Shown here: positions 45,644 to 46,475 of the stretch, in pieces
Position numbering within the stretch: the stretch's first letter is position 1
Layout: each line of letters opens with the position of its first letter
Virus record (IMG/VR): IMGVR_UViG_3300043432_000260
Span: 1-46,475 of that record
Strand: one strand, 5' to 3'
Source of the DNA: a virus
Taxonomy: Duplodnaviria; Caudoviricetes
DNA length: 46,475 nt
Position numbers and translations under genes: made by a program
Notes under the pieces: generated by a model
The model's database searches: none
Told to the model about the DNA's origin: nothing
What the model saw: only the letters and a program-made list of their open reading frames with translations

Positions 45644-46072
45644 ATGGCCATCATCGCGCTGTTCGATCAGGCCGTGACGCAGTTGCGGCGGGACGAGGGC
45701 CGCCGCCCGCGCGCCTATCAGGACACGCGCGGCGTCTGGACGGTGGGGTACGGCCACAATCTGTCAACCGGCCTGCTCACCGAGGCCGCCATGCTGCAGA
45801 TCCTCCGGGATGACCTCCAGGCCGTCCAGGCGCCGTGCCGGGCCCTGCCGGTCTGGGCGCATCTCTCACCGCCTCGGCAGGGCGTGCTCTTGAACATGGC
45901 GTTCAATCTCGGGATGGCGGGCCTGCGTCGATTCGAGCGGATGCTTGCGGCGTTGGACGTGCGCGACTATCCCGCCGCCGCGCGAGAGATGCTGGACAGC
46001 GACTGGGCGCGACAGGTCGGGACGCGGGCGGATCGTCTGTCCAGGCAGATGACCGACGACCAGTGGGTATGA
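45644..46072 (+). CDS. Endolysin, T4-type/GH24 lysozyme
   Basis: DEG...YQDTRGVWTVGYGHN catalytic E-D-T; NMAFNLG; AAREMLDSDWARQVGTRA. Confidence 0.92.
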   Translation: MAIIALFDQAVTQLRRDEGRRPRAYQDTRGVWTVGYGHNLSTGLLTEAAMLQILRDDLQAVQAPCRALPVWAHLSPPRQGVLLNMAFNLGMAGLRRFERMLAALDVRDYPAAAREMLDSDWARQVGTRADRLSRQMTDDQWV

Positions 46073-46076
46073 GCCG

Positions 46077-46385
46077 ATGAACGGCTGGGCGAAGCTCCTA
46101 GAGACGATCATCAAGGCGGGCCCGTGGGCGCTCGTCGTCGTCATTGTGCTCACGTGGCTCGCGGGCGATTACGGGCTCTTGGAGAGCCAGTCCAAGCGCG
46201 CCGCCGATACGATCAGGGAACACGCGGTGCAGTCGCAGCAGACGCAGGTGACGCTCGACAAGATCGTCAGCGTGCTCGAAGAACAGCGCCGCATCCAGGC
46301 GCAGGCGGCGCTCATCGCGTGCTTCAAAGAGGCGAAGTGGGACAGCGAACGGACGGAGTGCATCAAGAAGTTCCCCATCAAGTGA
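46077..46385 (+). CDS. Holin/antiholin-like 1-TM protein
   Basis: N-terminal TM plus coil with two Cys; located between the lysozyme and holin genes. Confidence 0.5.
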   Translation: MNGWAKLLETIIKAGPWALVVVIVLTWLAGDYGLLESQSKRAADTIREHAVQSQQTQVTLDKIVSVLEEQRRIQAQAALIACFKEAKWDSERTECIKKFPIK

Positions 46386-46475
46386 GGAGGGACACATGGA
46401 CGGCAAGCCCTGGTATCAGAGCAAGACAGTCTGGGTCAACCTCGTCGCGCTCGTCGGCGCCGTCGGCACGTGGGC
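46350..46475. repeat. 126-bp direct repeat, right copy
   Basis: Identical to 17-142. Confidence 0.95.

Larger units (their letters stand above)
1..46475. mobile_element. Complete temperate siphovirus-like phage genome (circular, excised form)
   Basis: Terminase, portal, capsid, tail tube, tape measure, lysis, integrase and repressor genes are all present. There is no tail sheath and no host housekeeping gene, and the ends overlap. Confidence 0.93.

Noticed and set aside
1-46475. CRISPR array, tRNA or rRNA genes
   Set aside because: No regularly spaced repeat-spacer array and no cloverleaf or rRNA-like segment was recognised by eye.
1-46475. Diversity-generating retroelement or retron
   Set aside because: No reverse transcriptase motifs and no template/variable repeat pair differing at adenines were seen.

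Overview
The window is an apparently complete, circularly permuted genome (~46.3 kb, high GC) of a temperate, long non-contractile-tailed (sipho-type) phage. Bases 17-142 recur exactly at 46350-46475, which is an assembly overlap. The host is probably a diderm bacterium, judging by the spanin pair and lipoproteins. Modules: lysis (45644-687, across the join); an accessory fibre/enzyme block (684-10740); immunity and a cI/cro switch (10737-12141); early recombination and replication genes with xis-int and an intact attP-like site (12188-25913); packaging and head (26321-34186, including a protease-scaffold-capsid fusion); an O-antigen-ligase-like gene; and neck and tail (35830-45641). Main observations: (1) A 259-nt ORF-less group I intron (6878-7136) splits a small virion protein gene, and a free-standing NUMOD3/PD-(D/E)XK endonuclease overlaps exon 1 and takes its stop codon from inside the intron. 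(2) A ~21-aa motif, [IL]TPxxGxLxLxGxxP, resembles a pilus donor strand and occurs in four unrelated proteins: ~14-15 copies on a PhoD-phosphatase fibre protein, 2 on the distal tail protein, 1 on a LamG protein (hidden by a 19-bp frameshifting duplication) and 1 degenerate copy on a methyltransferase/Maf-glycosyltransferase fusion. This suggests a peptide-tag-directed, modular virion-fibre assembly and decoration system. (3) There is a possible glycosylation toolkit. All product calls come from reading motifs by eye; no database searches were run.
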